From Nonlabens ponticola (GTDB taxonomy: Bacteria > Bacteroidota > Bacteroidia > Flavobacteriales > Flavobacteriaceae), in assembly GCF_003966335.1 (NCBI RefSeq), contig NZ_CP034549.1:2370001-2402000 (forward strand): a DNA stretch of 32,000 nucleotides, written 5' to 3'. The notes beneath the pieces were generated by a model that worked only from the letters and a program-made list of their open reading frames with translations, did not search any database and had not been told where the DNA came from. The translations under genes were made by a program, and so were the position numbers. Below are positions 18,597-27,657 of this stretch, one piece after another (the stretch's first letter is position 1; each line of letters starts with the position of its first letter).

Positions 18597-19997
18597 CTAT
18601 ACGTGTAAGGCTCGATCTTCAGTTGCCGCGAGTGCAGCTTCCTTGACAGCCTCGGCATAGGTTGGGTGTGCGTGTGACATGCGTGCGATATCCTCTGCGC
18701 TGGCCCTATATTCCATGGCGGTAACAGCCTCGGTAATTAAGTCTGCGACGCGTGCTCCTATCATATGAACTCCTAGGACTTCATCGGTAGTTTTATCAGC
18801 AAGGATTTTAACCAATCCATCTGTATCTCCTGATGCTCTTGATCTACCTAGCGCTCGCATAGGGAAAGAACCTGCCTTGTACTCTACTCCAGCTTCTTTG
18901 AGTTCTTCCTCGGTTTTACCTACGCTGGCAACTTCTGGCCAGGTGTAAATGACATTAGGAATCAAGTTGTAGTTTATGTGTGGTTTTTGACCAGCAATGG
19001 TCTCTGCCACAAATACGCCTTCTTCTTCTGCCTTGTGTGCTAACATGATACCACGCACCACATCACCTATGGCATAGATATTCTTTACATTGGTTTGTAA
19101 ATGGTCATTTACCTCAACCTGACCTTTTTCATTGACTTTAATTCCTGCAGCGGTTGCGTTCAATTTGTCAGTATATGGTCTACGACCTACTGATACGAGT
19201 ACGTAATCACCTTTGAACTCTACTTCTTCGCCTTTCTTATTCTTGGCAGTAACGGTAACTTCATCGCCGTTGCGCTCCACCTTGTTGACAGCGTGCGACA
19301 AGTGGAACTTGACACCTTGCTTTTTCATGACTTTCATCAACTCCTTAGACAATGCCTTGTCCATCGCTGGTGTGATGCGATCCATGTATTCAATGACAGT
19401 AACCTCTGCACCTAATCTTCTATAAACCTGACCTAGCTCTAGTCCTATCACGCCACCACCTATCACGATCATGTGATTAGGAATTTCCTTGAGTGTCAAA
19501 GCCTCGGTAGAAGTAATGACTCTTTCTTTATCTAGTTCAATAAACGGCAGATTTGCTGGCTTTGAACCTGTAGCGATGATGGTATGTTTAGCTTCTATTG
19601 TTTGTGATTTCTCACCATCAATTTTGATGTGTGTCGCATCCTCAAAAGATCCCATACCTGTAAACACGTCGATCTCATTTTTCTTCATGAGGTAAGCTAC
19701 GCCATCACAAGTCTGGCTCACAACGCTCGCCTTACGGGCGATCATCTTTTCAAAATTGATCTTGATATCGCCTGGAATCTCGATACCATGCTCTTCAAAA
19801 TGCTTTACCGCATCCTCATAATGGTGTGATGAATCCAGCAATGCTTTTGACGGGATACAGCCTACATTGAGACAGGTACCACCTAGTGTATCGTATTTTT
19901 CAATAATGGCCGTTTTCATGCCTAATTGTGCACAGCGTATGGCGGCTACATAGCCACCTGGTCCAGAACCTATTACTGCAACATCATATGTGCTCAT
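18597..19997 (-). CDS. lpdA: Dihydrolipoyl dehydrogenase (E3 component)
   Basis: 466 aa. VIGSGPGGYVAA, the redox-active disulfide GGTCLNVGCIPSK and the C-terminal HAHPTYAE interface motif. Confidence 0.95.
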   Translation of the reverse strand: MSTYDVAVIGSGPGGYVAAIRCAQLGMKTAIIEKYDTLGGTCLNVGCIPSKALLDSSHHYEDAVKHFEEHGIEIPGDIKINFEKMIARKASVVSQTCDGVAYLMKKNEIDVFTGMGSFEDATHIKIDGEKSQTIEAKHTIIATGSKPANLPFIELDKERVITSTEALTLKEIPNHMIVIGGGVIGLELGQVYRRLGAEVTVIEYMDRITPAMDKALSKELMKVMKKQGVKFHLSHAVNKVERNGDEVTVTAKNKKGEEVEFKGDYVLVSVGRRPYTDKLNATAAGIKVNEKGQVEVNDHLQTNVKNIYAIGDVVRGIMLAHKAEEEGVFVAETIAGQKPHINYNLIPNVIYTWPEVASVGKTEEELKEAGVEYKAGSFPMRALGRSRASGDTDGLVKILADKTTDEVLGVHMIGARVADLITEAVTAMEYRASAEDIARMSHAHPTYAEAVKEAALAATEDRALHV

Positions 19998-20030
19998 AAA
20001 TCAATTTTATGTTCTTGTTAATTCAGCTAG

Positions 20031-20038
20031 CAAAGATA
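20031..20038 (-). promoter_or_regulatory. Candidate -7 box (TATCTTTG on the minus strand) upstream of lpd
   Basis: Exact TAnnTTTG, 34 nt upstream of the ATG at 19997. Confidence 0.3.
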
Positions 20039-20064
20039 CAAAATGGTCAAGCGACTGGATAGAA

Positions 20065-21372
20065 TCAGTCTGTAATTTCACTCACGGCTTGTGCTGTTGT
20101 CTCCTTCTTATAGGGACGTATGATCAATCGCGCCGCACGATCAAAGTTGAAGTAGTTGTAGATCCAGTTGAGGAATACGACAATACGATTGCGCACGCCT
20201 ACTAGAAAGTACAAGTGAACGCCTAACCAGGCAAACCAGGCCCAGAAACCGCCTAGTGTGAACCCTTTTATATCTGCGACTGCACGATTGCGTCCTACGG
20301 TTGCCATACTGCCCTTATCAAAATAAGAGAATGGTTTTGGTTCTTTGCCTTTAGAAATTCTTGCAAAATTTGAAGCAACATTTTGTGCTTGCTGTATCGC
20401 TGGTTGTGCGACTTGTGGATGGCCGTCTGGATAATCATCAGTCTTCATGAGAGCTATGTCGCCTACCGCATACACGTTGTCTGTACCTTTTACTTTATTA
20501 AATAAATCTACCAGCAATCTGCCGCCTTTTTCTGATAATTGATCATCACTGAAACCGTCTGGCGCATTGCCAGTAACACCTGCGCTCCATATAAATGTTG
20601 CCGTATCAATCTCTTTACCGCTTTTGGTACTAACCACATCATCTTCATAATCGATGACCATTTCGTCCAGCATGACAGTGACGCCCAATTCCTTGAGGTA
20701 TTTTTCTGCCTTTTTTGAGGCTTTCTCGCTCATGCTTGACAGCACTCGATCTGATCCATCGAGCAAAATGATTTCCATCCAGTCTGGATTGAGATCTGGA
20801 TAATCACTGCTTAATATCCCTTTTTTGAACTCTGCAAAGGCGCCCGAAAGTTCTACTCCAGTAGGACCAGCGCCGCTCATGACGATGCGCATCAATTTGC
20901 GCTGCTCTTTCTCATTATCTGTTATCGTAGCTTTCTCAAGATTTTGCAACATGAGACTACGTATGTCCAACGACTCTGGTACTGATTTCATGGAAAGCGC
21001 ATTGCGCTCGATCTTTTCATTGCCAAAAAAATTGGTTTTGGTACCTGTTGCCAGTATCAAATGATCGTAGTGAATCGCGCCTATGCTCGTACTTATGGTG
21101 TTTGACTTTTGATCCACGGCTTCAACTTCTGCCATTCGGAAGATGTAATGATCATTCTCGTCTGGCACACTGCGCAACGGGAAAGCGATGGAATCTGGCT
21201 CCAAACCACTGGTCGCCACCTGATACAACAGTGGTTGAAAAGTGTGATAATTGTGCCTATCTATAAGTACTACTTGATATTTGTGTTGTGTTAGCTTTCG
21301 CGAAAGCGTAACACCACCAAAACCACCACCTACTATTACAATCCTGGGATAATCACTGGCTGGTATGTGCAT
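20065..21372 (-). CDS. ndh: Type II NADH:quinone oxidoreductase (NDH-2)
   Basis: Two dinucleotide-binding motifs (IVIVGGGFGGV and VMSGAGPTGVELSG) plus FQPLLYQV. I prefer the start at M31 of the tracked ORF (ATG 21370-21372, MHIPASDYPRIVIVGGG). The 30 upstream residues look non-protein-like. Confidence 0.85.
   Translation of the reverse strand: MHIPASDYPRIVIVGGGFGGVTLSRKLTQHKYQVVLIDRHNYHTFQPLLYQVATSGLEPDSIAFPLRSVPDENDHYIFRMAEVEAVDQKSNTISTSIGAIHYDHLILATGTKTNFFGNEKIERNALSMKSVPESLDIRSLMLQNLEKATITDNEKEQRKLMRIVMSGAGPTGVELSGAFAEFKKGILSSDYPDLNPDWMEIILLDGSDRVLSSMSEKASKKAEKYLKELGVTVMLDEMVIDYEDDVVSTKSGKEIDTATFIWSAGVTGNAPDGFSDDQLSEKGGRLLVDLFNKVKGTDNVYAVGDIALMKTDDYPDGHPQVAQPAIQQAQNVASNFARISKGKEPKPFSYFDKGSMATVGRNRAVADIKGFTLGGFWAWFAWLGVHLYFLVGVRNRIVVFLNWIYNYFNFDRAARLIIRPYKKETTAQAVSEITD
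21294..21307. repeat. Iterated palindrome copy 6, inside ndh
   Basis: Exact 14-mer, read as TLSRKLT immediately after the first GxGxxG. The flanks GTGTTA / GTAACAC are nearly symmetric. Confidence 0.95.
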
Positions 21373-21492
21373 GCTGGCTTTTTTTATAAAATTACTGTAC
21401 GGTCGTTGATAGAGACTAGTGGTTAACAATCTTTTCTTAACCTTGTAACAATTGAAAGTCAAGTAATACTAACCAGTAACCAAACCAACCAA

Positions 21493-21987
21493 GTGAGTAC
21501 AACTCTTGAAAAAGAATTTGTTGAACAGCTAGAGACTAATCAAAATATCGTCCACAAGATTTGTAGGCTTTATACGGATAATCAGGATGCCCATAACGAC
21601 CTGTTTCAAGAGGTAACGATCCAGTTGTGGAGAGCCTACCCAAAATTTAGGGGTGATTCAAAGTTCTCTACATGGATGTATCGTGTTGCCCTGAATACGG
21701 CCATCACGCTGTATCGCAAGTCAAAGCGTCGTGTAAACACGCAGCGCTTTGACACAGTCGAATTCAAGATTGAAGACACGACTGAAGATGATGAAACCAT
21801 GGAGCAATTGACCTTGTTATACGGCGCCGTCAAACAATTAAATGATATAGAAAAAGCTCTGGTTTTTCTATATCTGGAAGATAAAAATTACCGTGATATT
21901 GCGGAAACCCTAGGAATAAGTGAGGTCAATGCACGAGTGAAGATGAACAGGATCAAGACCAAGCTAACTAAAATCATAAATCCATAA
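21493..21987 (+). CDS. ECF-type RNA polymerase sigma-70 family factor
   Basis: 164 aa. Region 2 (DLFQEVTIQLWRAYPKFRGDSKFSTWMYRVALNTAI) and region 4 HTH (YRDIAETLGISEVNARVKMNRIK). GTG start. Confidence 0.85.
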   Translation: MSTTLEKEFVEQLETNQNIVHKICRLYTDNQDAHNDLFQEVTIQLWRAYPKFRGDSKFSTWMYRVALNTAITLYRKSKRRVNTQRFDTVEFKIEDTTEDDETMEQLTLLYGAVKQLNDIEKALVFLYLEDKNYRDIAETLGISEVNARVKMNRIKTKLTKIINP

Positions 21988-21992
21988 AACCC

Positions 21993-22634
21993 ATGGATCA
22001 ATTAGATATACTTAAATCAAAATGGCAGGCGCAGTCCACTGACTATCCTACCTACTCAAGAGAGCAGTTGACGCCCTTGCTGGCAAGCAAATCCAGCAGT
22101 ATCGTCAAGTGGCTTTTTTATATTGCCATTGGGGAATTTATATTTTTCGTTTTATTGAACATCTTGCTTTCTGATAGCGAGTCTACCGAGATGAGCATTA
22201 GTATCATGGGCGAATTCTTGTTTTATGGCTCCTATGTACTACATTATGTAGCTATTGGAATATTTATTTATTTATTCTGGAAAAATTATAAGAATATCTC
22301 AGCGAGCCAACCCACGCGCAGTCTCATGAAGAACATTTTGAAGACTAGAAAAACCATGAAATGGTATATCTGGTACAATTTGATTTACATCATGCTGTTT
22401 GGTGTTATTGCTACTTTATTGATTGTAACAAATGACCTTGAGTTTGCAAAATTGATGAATCAACCGAATTTTGCTGAACACAAACAAACATTAGTTATAG
22501 GATATATAGTTTCTATGTTTGTGATACTGACCGTTATCTGTGCTGTTCTTTATGGTTTTTACAGCTTGATTTACGGTATTCTACTAAGACGCTTGAAGAG
22601 AAATTATCAGGAATTGAAGAAGATGGAGGTTTGA
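21993..22634 (+). CDS. Membrane protein, about 4 TM segments, co-transcribed with the ECF sigma factor; possible anti-sigma or partner, unverified
   Basis: 213 aa. It starts 5 nt after the sigma stop. A short cytoplasmic N-terminus is followed by hydrophobic segments. There is no HxxxCxxC zinc anti-sigma motif. Confidence 0.55.
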   Translation: MDQLDILKSKWQAQSTDYPTYSREQLTPLLASKSSSIVKWLFYIAIGEFIFFVLLNILLSDSESTEMSISIMGEFLFYGSYVLHYVAIGIFIYLFWKNYKNISASQPTRSLMKNILKTRKTMKWYIWYNLIYIMLFGVIATLLIVTNDLEFAKLMNQPNFAEHKQTLVIGYIVSMFVILTVICAVLYGFYSLIYGILLRRLKRNYQELKKMEV

Positions 22635-22681
22635 TGTTTGAATGATTGCTTTTTAAAATTAACGAGCTACACCCATCTAGA

Positions 22682-22706
22682 TCTTCCCTCAAGGGAAGAC
22701 TTTTTT
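22682..22706 (+). terminator. Rho-independent terminator of the sigma/partner operon
   Basis: TCTTCCC-TCAA-GGGAAGA gives a 7-bp stem, followed by C and TTTTTT. Confidence 0.7.
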
Positions 22707-22721
22707 ATAACGATTGAAAAG

Positions 22722-22759
22722 TTTTCCCTTGAGGGAAATGTCTCGGTTTGACCGAGACA
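22722..22759 (-). terminator. Tandem hairpins downstream of recG (probable terminator)
   Basis: On the minus strand, TGTCTCGG-TCAAA-CCGAGACA (8-bp stem) is followed directly by TTTCCC-TCAA-GGGAAA and then ACTTTTC. Confidence 0.5.
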
Positions 22760-22805
22760 AAGGGTGTTGCGCATGAGTAGACTACAATCTGCCTACTGAA
22801 AACCA

Positions 22806-24911
22806 TCAACTAATATACTTCCACAAACCTTTCTTGTTTTGCAAATGGTTCATGACGCGACGTACAGATTGATGCTTGTCTAGTCCTATCGATGGATCTT
22901 CATTCAGAAATTTGATCGCTGCGTTTCTTGCTTGTGCTAGTAACTCGTTATCCTTTACAATATCTGCGATGCGCAGCTCCATCACGCCGCTTTGTCGGGT
23001 TCCCATGATATCGCCTGGACCTCGTAGTTTGAGGTCCACCTCAGCAATTTCAAAACCATCTGTCGTTCTTACCATGGTTTCCAGTCTGGTTTTAGCCTCA
23101 GCACTCAACTTGTGACTAGTCATTAAAATACAGTAACTCTGGTCTGCGCCGCGTCCTACTCTGCCGCGCAGTTGGTGCAGTTGTGATAGCCCAAAACGCT
23201 CAGCGCTCTCGATAATCATTACACTGGCATTGGGCACATTAACACCAACTTCAATGACCGTTGTAGCGACCATGATCTGCGTTTCACCCTTAACAAATCG
23301 TTGCATCTCATAATCCTTGTCATCGGGCTTCATCTGGCCATGAACGATACTCACCTGATACTGCGGATTAGGAAACTCGCGCACGATACTTTCATAGCCA
23401 TCCATCAAATCCTTATAATCTAGCGTTTCAGATTCCTGAATTAACGGATATACGATATAGACTTGTCGGCCTTTAGCAATCTCATCCTTGATAAATTTGA
23501 ATACGCGCAGTCGGTCTTTATCATACCTGTGAACGGTTTGTATCTCCTTGCGACCTGGCGGTAATTCGTCAATGATAGATATATCGAGATCACCGTATAG
23601 ACTCATAGCCAAGGTACGCGGTATAGGTGTTGCCGTCATCACCAACACATGTGGTGGAAAATCGTTTTTCTTCCACAGCTTTGCGCGTTGAGCGACGCCA
23701 AATCGATGCTGCTCATCAACAATCGCCACACCTAAATTTTGAAACTTGACTTTATCTTCTATCAGCGCGTGAGTTCCTATTAAAATATTTAAACTGCCAT
23801 CTTCCAATTCTTCATGAATTACTCGTCTGTCTTTTGTCTTTACAGATCCAGTAAGCAACGAGACATTCAAACCCGTAGGTGCTAATAATTCTGAAACGCC
23901 AGCATAGTGTTGCTGGGCAAGAATCTCAGTAGGTGCCATGATGCAGGCTTGGAATCCATTATCAATAGCTAGCAAACAAGTTAAGACTGCAACAATGGTT
24001 TTACCAGAACCTACATCACCTTGCAGCAAGCGGTTCATGTGCGATCCATTTGCCATGTCTGCCCTTATTTCTTTTACCACGCGTTTTTGGGCGCCCGTAA
24101 GCTCAAAAGGCAAATTATAATTGTAGAAATTATGAAAATGGTCGCCTACGGTTTCAAATGCATAGCTTTTGATTTTGGTTTTTCTGATTCTGTTTTGCAA
24201 CAGCAATTCCATTTGAATAAAGAATAATTCTTCAAACTTCAGGCGCTTCATGGCTTGCTGCAACGCCTTATTACTTGATGGGAAATGTATCTGATGCATT
24301 GCCTCATTCTTGCTCATGAGCTGCTGGTCACGCATCAAATCGTCAGGTAGCGTCTCAAAAAACGCACTTTTGATTTCGGAATATAATTGACGCATCAATC
24401 GTACAAAGTATTGATTGGTCAACTTACGTTTGACCAATTGCTCAGTCGATGGATAGATAGGCGTCATGGCTGTGTGCTGCCTACCCTTAAATTCCTTGAG
24501 CAGTTCTATATCTGGATGTGCGATGCTGTACATGGATCCGTAGCGAGAAACCTTGCCGTACACTACATAAACCTCATTGGTCTTTAAACTGTCTTTAAAG
24601 AACTTCTGACCTTTAAACCACACGAGTTCCATGCGACCAGAGTCATCTGCAAGAGTAGCAACGAGTCGTGTGGCTTTTCCTGCGCCAGCCGTTCCTATGG
24701 AAATTAATCTACCTATTACCTGAACTTGTGCTGCTTCAGGAACGAGCTGTCCTATTTTGTGAAACTTGGTGCGATCCACATACCTATTGGGAAAAAAGTT
24801 GGCTAGATCGCCGTAGTTTGTGATGCCTAATTCCTTGCGCAACAAATCTGCACGAGCTGGTCCTACACCATTTAGGTAATCGATAGGCGTGGTAAGAAAG
24901 TTGATAGGCAT
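22806..24911 (-). CDS. recG: ATP-dependent DNA helicase RecG
   Basis: 701 aa. N-terminal wedge/OB region, Walker A GDVGSGKT, DEQHRFG motif II and the QLRGRVGRG motif VI. Confidence 0.95.
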   Translation of the reverse strand: MPINFLTTPIDYLNGVGPARADLLRKELGITNYGDLANFFPNRYVDRTKFHKIGQLVPEAAQVQVIGRLISIGTAGAGKATRLVATLADDSGRMELVWFKGQKFFKDSLKTNEVYVVYGKVSRYGSMYSIAHPDIELLKEFKGRQHTAMTPIYPSTEQLVKRKLTNQYFVRLMRQLYSEIKSAFFETLPDDLMRDQQLMSKNEAMHQIHFPSSNKALQQAMKRLKFEELFFIQMELLLQNRIRKTKIKSYAFETVGDHFHNFYNYNLPFELTGAQKRVVKEIRADMANGSHMNRLLQGDVGSGKTIVAVLTCLLAIDNGFQACIMAPTEILAQQHYAGVSELLAPTGLNVSLLTGSVKTKDRRVIHEELEDGSLNILIGTHALIEDKVKFQNLGVAIVDEQHRFGVAQRAKLWKKNDFPPHVLVMTATPIPRTLAMSLYGDLDISIIDELPPGRKEIQTVHRYDKDRLRVFKFIKDEIAKGRQVYIVYPLIQESETLDYKDLMDGYESIVREFPNPQYQVSIVHGQMKPDDKDYEMQRFVKGETQIMVATTVIEVGVNVPNASVMIIESAERFGLSQLHQLRGRVGRGADQSYCILMTSHKLSAEAKTRLETMVRTTDGFEIAEVDLKLRGPGDIMGTRQSGVMELRIADIVKDNELLAQARNAAIKFLNEDPSIGLDKHQSVRRVMNHLQNKKGLWKYIS

Positions 24912-24927
24912 GCTCGCAATCTATACT

Positions 24928-24958
24928 CAAAGGTAGCATTGTACCTGCAAACAATCAA
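24928..24958 (-). promoter_or_regulatory. Candidate recG promoter (TTG, 20-nt spacer, TACCTTTG)
   Basis: Exact TAnnTTTG on the minus strand at 24928-24935, 17 nt upstream of the ATG. A TTG lies at 24956-24958 with a 20-nt spacer. Confidence 0.4.
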
Positions 24959-25041
24959 CGCATGGTTAAACCTTGATCATACAAAACAGTCACATGCATG
25001 GATCCTCAAATAGAGGTATGACTTTTGTATTTTGCCAGTCC

Positions 25042-27138
25042 ATGAGATATTTTTTTATTGCCCTTTTATTTTCTTTTTCCACCATCCTAGACGCTCAAGG
25101 AATCGAGCAGCCCAAGGTAGATTTTATTACTGCTACCGCGCAGGTTGAAGTCGATACAAGCATCACGTATATTAAGGGATCGGTTTCGTTTGAAATTCAG
25201 ATTTTGGAAGATGTTGATACGCTCAAAATCGATGCAAGGAACTTAGATGATTTTCAAGTTACGTCTAGCACACATCCTGATCTTGCAAGCAGTAAGAATG
25301 ATGCAGAAATTGTTGTGGTATCATGCTTTCGCGAAAGCAAAACAGCCCAAATCACTATCAACTACACAGCGACACCAACGCAGGCTCTATACTTTATTGA
25401 CAAGGATGCTGACGGAAATTGGGACCAAGCGTGGACGCAAGGTCAAGGTAAATACACGAGTAACTGGATGCCAAGTATTGATGATGTGAACGAGAAAATG
25501 ATTTGGGATATTTCGGTCATCGCACCCAACGGTCTCACGGCAATCGCCAATGGAAAACTCCTATCCAAAACCAGCGATCAAGATGCCACGACATGGAATT
25601 ATGACATGACTAGACCCATGTCTAGTTATCTGCTCGCTTTGGCCATAGGCGATTATGCATCGCAATCCAAAAAATCAGAACGCGGCACACCACTTCAATT
25701 TTACTATTATCCAGAAGATAAATCTAAATTATGGTCCACCTACCAGCAGTCTGTTGAGATATTTAATTTTCTTGAAAAGGAAATAGGGATTGCTTACCCA
25801 TGGCAAAACTACAAGCAAGTACCTGTCAAGGATTTTTTATATGCTGGTATGGAAAATACTGGAACTACCTTTTTTGACGACCAGTTTGTCCAAGACGCTG
25901 CTGGCGCGATAGATCGCAGCTATGTAAATGTCAATGCGCACGAGCTGTCACATCAATGGTTTGGAAATCTTGTGACTGCTCAATCAGGTGAACATCACTG
26001 GCTGCAAGAAGGATTTGCAACGTACTATGCACTATTAGCAGAGAAAGAACTTTACGGCAACCAGCATTTTATGGTCAAGCTCTATGAAAACGCTGAGGCT
26101 CTTGCAGACCAAACAAGAACTGGAAAAAGCATTGCCCTACTCGATCCCAAGGCTAGCTCACTCACTTTTTATCAGCATGGCGCCTGGGCAGCACACGCCT
26201 TGAGAGAATTGGTTGGTGATGCTGCTTTCAAGAAAAGTATCAAGGAGTTTTTACAGGAGTACTCTTTCAAGAGTGCGAGCACAGATGATTTGCTCAATAT
26301 TATGACGGCAAACTCTGGCAAGGATCTTTCCTATTACAAGAAGACCTGGCTACTGTCTGAGCAATTCCCATCACAAGAAGCCTTGAGATTGTTGCGCGCA
26401 GATAAATTTATGGAAGAGTACTTGCAGTTACTGGCTAGACGTATTTCACCATTTGAAGATGCTTACAATAGTTATAAGGAAACCCTGAAATATCCTGTGA
26501 GCAAGGAAATGGTATTGGAAATGATCGCACAGCTTAATCTGCATGACGATTACCGCAAGTACAGTCTACAATCAACTGCTGCGTCTATCAATAATGCAGA
26601 AATTAGACAGTTGATCGCACTTACTACCAGAGAAGTCACGCCTGATAATCAAAACCTAGTCGCCGAATTGCTATTGGACAAATCCTACCTGACGCGAGAA
26701 AGCGCGATGTACCTGCTGTGGAATGCGGCGATCAACAAAGAGAAAATGCTGCGTACCGCATGGTCTGCATGGGATACCACAAATGAATCGCTAGAGATGG
26801 CATGGCTGGTATTAGCGATTAATACCGATGGCTTTATCGATCAAGAAAAATTGAGTTTTACCACTAGACTGCAGCAATTTACAGCTGCTAGTTTTGGCAT
26901 TGAAACTAGAATGGCGGCTTTTGATTATCTAAAGGCTCTGGACTTTTTTGCGGAAAGTAATTATATTGATCTGCTGAACTCGGCAGCGCATCATAACTGG
27001 CGTTACTATACTTATGCTCGCAATTTGATAAAAGAATTACAAAAAGATCCTAAACACGCAGCTGCGCTAAAAGCTGCGATGGATCAGGTGAACGATAAAG
27101 CGAAAACAAAACTGGAACAAGTCCTAGACCTAGAGTAA
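25042..27138 (+). CDS. M1-family zinc aminopeptidase, secreted
   Basis: YAGMENTG (GAMEN-like), HELSHQWFGN, then 18 residues on, LQEGFATY (HExxH-18-E gluzincin). I prefer the ATG at 25042 because it gives the signal peptide MRYFFIALLFSFSTILDAQG. The tracked ORF begins at an upstream TTG. Confidence 0.85.
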   Translation: MRYFFIALLFSFSTILDAQGIEQPKVDFITATAQVEVDTSITYIKGSVSFEIQILEDVDTLKIDARNLDDFQVTSSTHPDLASSKNDAEIVVVSCFRESKTAQITINYTATPTQALYFIDKDADGNWDQAWTQGQGKYTSNWMPSIDDVNEKMIWDISVIAPNGLTAIANGKLLSKTSDQDATTWNYDMTRPMSSYLLALAIGDYASQSKKSERGTPLQFYYYPEDKSKLWSTYQQSVEIFNFLEKEIGIAYPWQNYKQVPVKDFLYAGMENTGTTFFDDQFVQDAAGAIDRSYVNVNAHELSHQWFGNLVTAQSGEHHWLQEGFATYYALLAEKELYGNQHFMVKLYENAEALADQTRTGKSIALLDPKASSLTFYQHGAWAAHALRELVGDAAFKKSIKEFLQEYSFKSASTDDLLNIMTANSGKDLSYYKKTWLLSEQFPSQEALRLLRADKFMEEYLQLLARRISPFEDAYNSYKETLKYPVSKEMVLEMIAQLNLHDDYRKYSLQSTAASINNAEIRQLIALTTREVTPDNQNLVAELLLDKSYLTRESAMYLLWNAAINKEKMLRTAWSAWDTTNESLEMAWLVLAINTDGFIDQEKLSFTTRLQQFTAASFGIETRMAAFDYLKALDFFAESNYIDLLNSAAHHNWRYYTYARNLIKELQKDPKHAAALKAAMDQVNDKAKTKLEQVLDLE
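25324..25339. repeat. Iterated palindrome copy 7, inside the M1 peptidase gene (16-bp palindrome TGCTTTCGCGAAAGCA)
   Basis: The 14-mer core is at 25325-25338, read as SCFRESKT. Confidence 0.95.
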
Positions 27139-27648
27139 CTCCATTACTTCTTTACGAACCACGCTCAGCGCGGTTTCACTAGGCACACGACCGTCCATAA
27201 ATTCATTGATGATAAGATTGCGCAACTCATCTGCGGTTTGCGTTTTATCACTCAAGGCGATTTGTCTTATTTTTTGAATGGTTGAGTTCTTTGCAGCTCG
27301 CACCACGTTCCAGCAATCATCAGTCACATAAATCTGTTGCGCGATGTTATGATCGTATTCCTGTTCAATACTAGCAACGAGCATGTTTTCATATTGAGCT
27401 TTACTCACATTTTCTGGCGAGGTGCGCACCAACAGACTGTTTGGCTTGATGCGTTCTAGAAACAAAGTAAGCCGTTCATAGGCAGCAAGTCTAGTTGGTA
27501 AAGCCTGCGCTTTTGTTTCCTTGAGAATATGATATTTCCTACGGTTTTCTTCATTTCCTAAGAATGACGAAATCAAGAAATAAGCTACAACGCCTACAAT
27601 GATAGCAGGAACGATAGCAATGAGTAATTGGGCTGTAGTGATTGTCAA
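27130..27648 (-). CDS. Hypothetical protein with an N-terminal TM anchor, function unknown
   Basis: 172 aa. LLIAIVPAIIVGVVAYFLISSFL anchor followed by a predicted helical soluble domain. TTG start 9 nt after the upstream gene's stop, so it is probably co-translated. I recognise no motif. Confidence 0.55.
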   Translation of the reverse strand: MTITTAQLLIAIVPAIIVGVVAYFLISSFLGNEENRRKYHILKETKAQALPTRLAAYERLTLFLERIKPNSLLVRTSPENVSKAQYENMLVASIEQEYDHNIAQQIYVTDDCWNVVRAAKNSTIQKIRQIALSDKTQTADELRNLIINEFMDGRVPSETALSVVRKEVMELL

Positions 27649-27657
27649 AATTTGAAA

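Noticed and set aside
21373-21462. 30-codon N-terminal extension of NDH-2
   Set aside because: The extension (MTFNCYKVKKRLLTTSLYQRPYSNFIKKAS) is not typical of NDH-2, which normally begins a few residues before the GxGxxG motif. The internal ATG at 21372 fits.
24973-25041. N-terminal 23-codon extension of the M1 peptidase from an upstream TTG
   Set aside because: The extension (MIIQNSHMHGSSNRG...) precedes a perfect signal peptide that begins at the ATG at 25042. The shorter form is more plausible.
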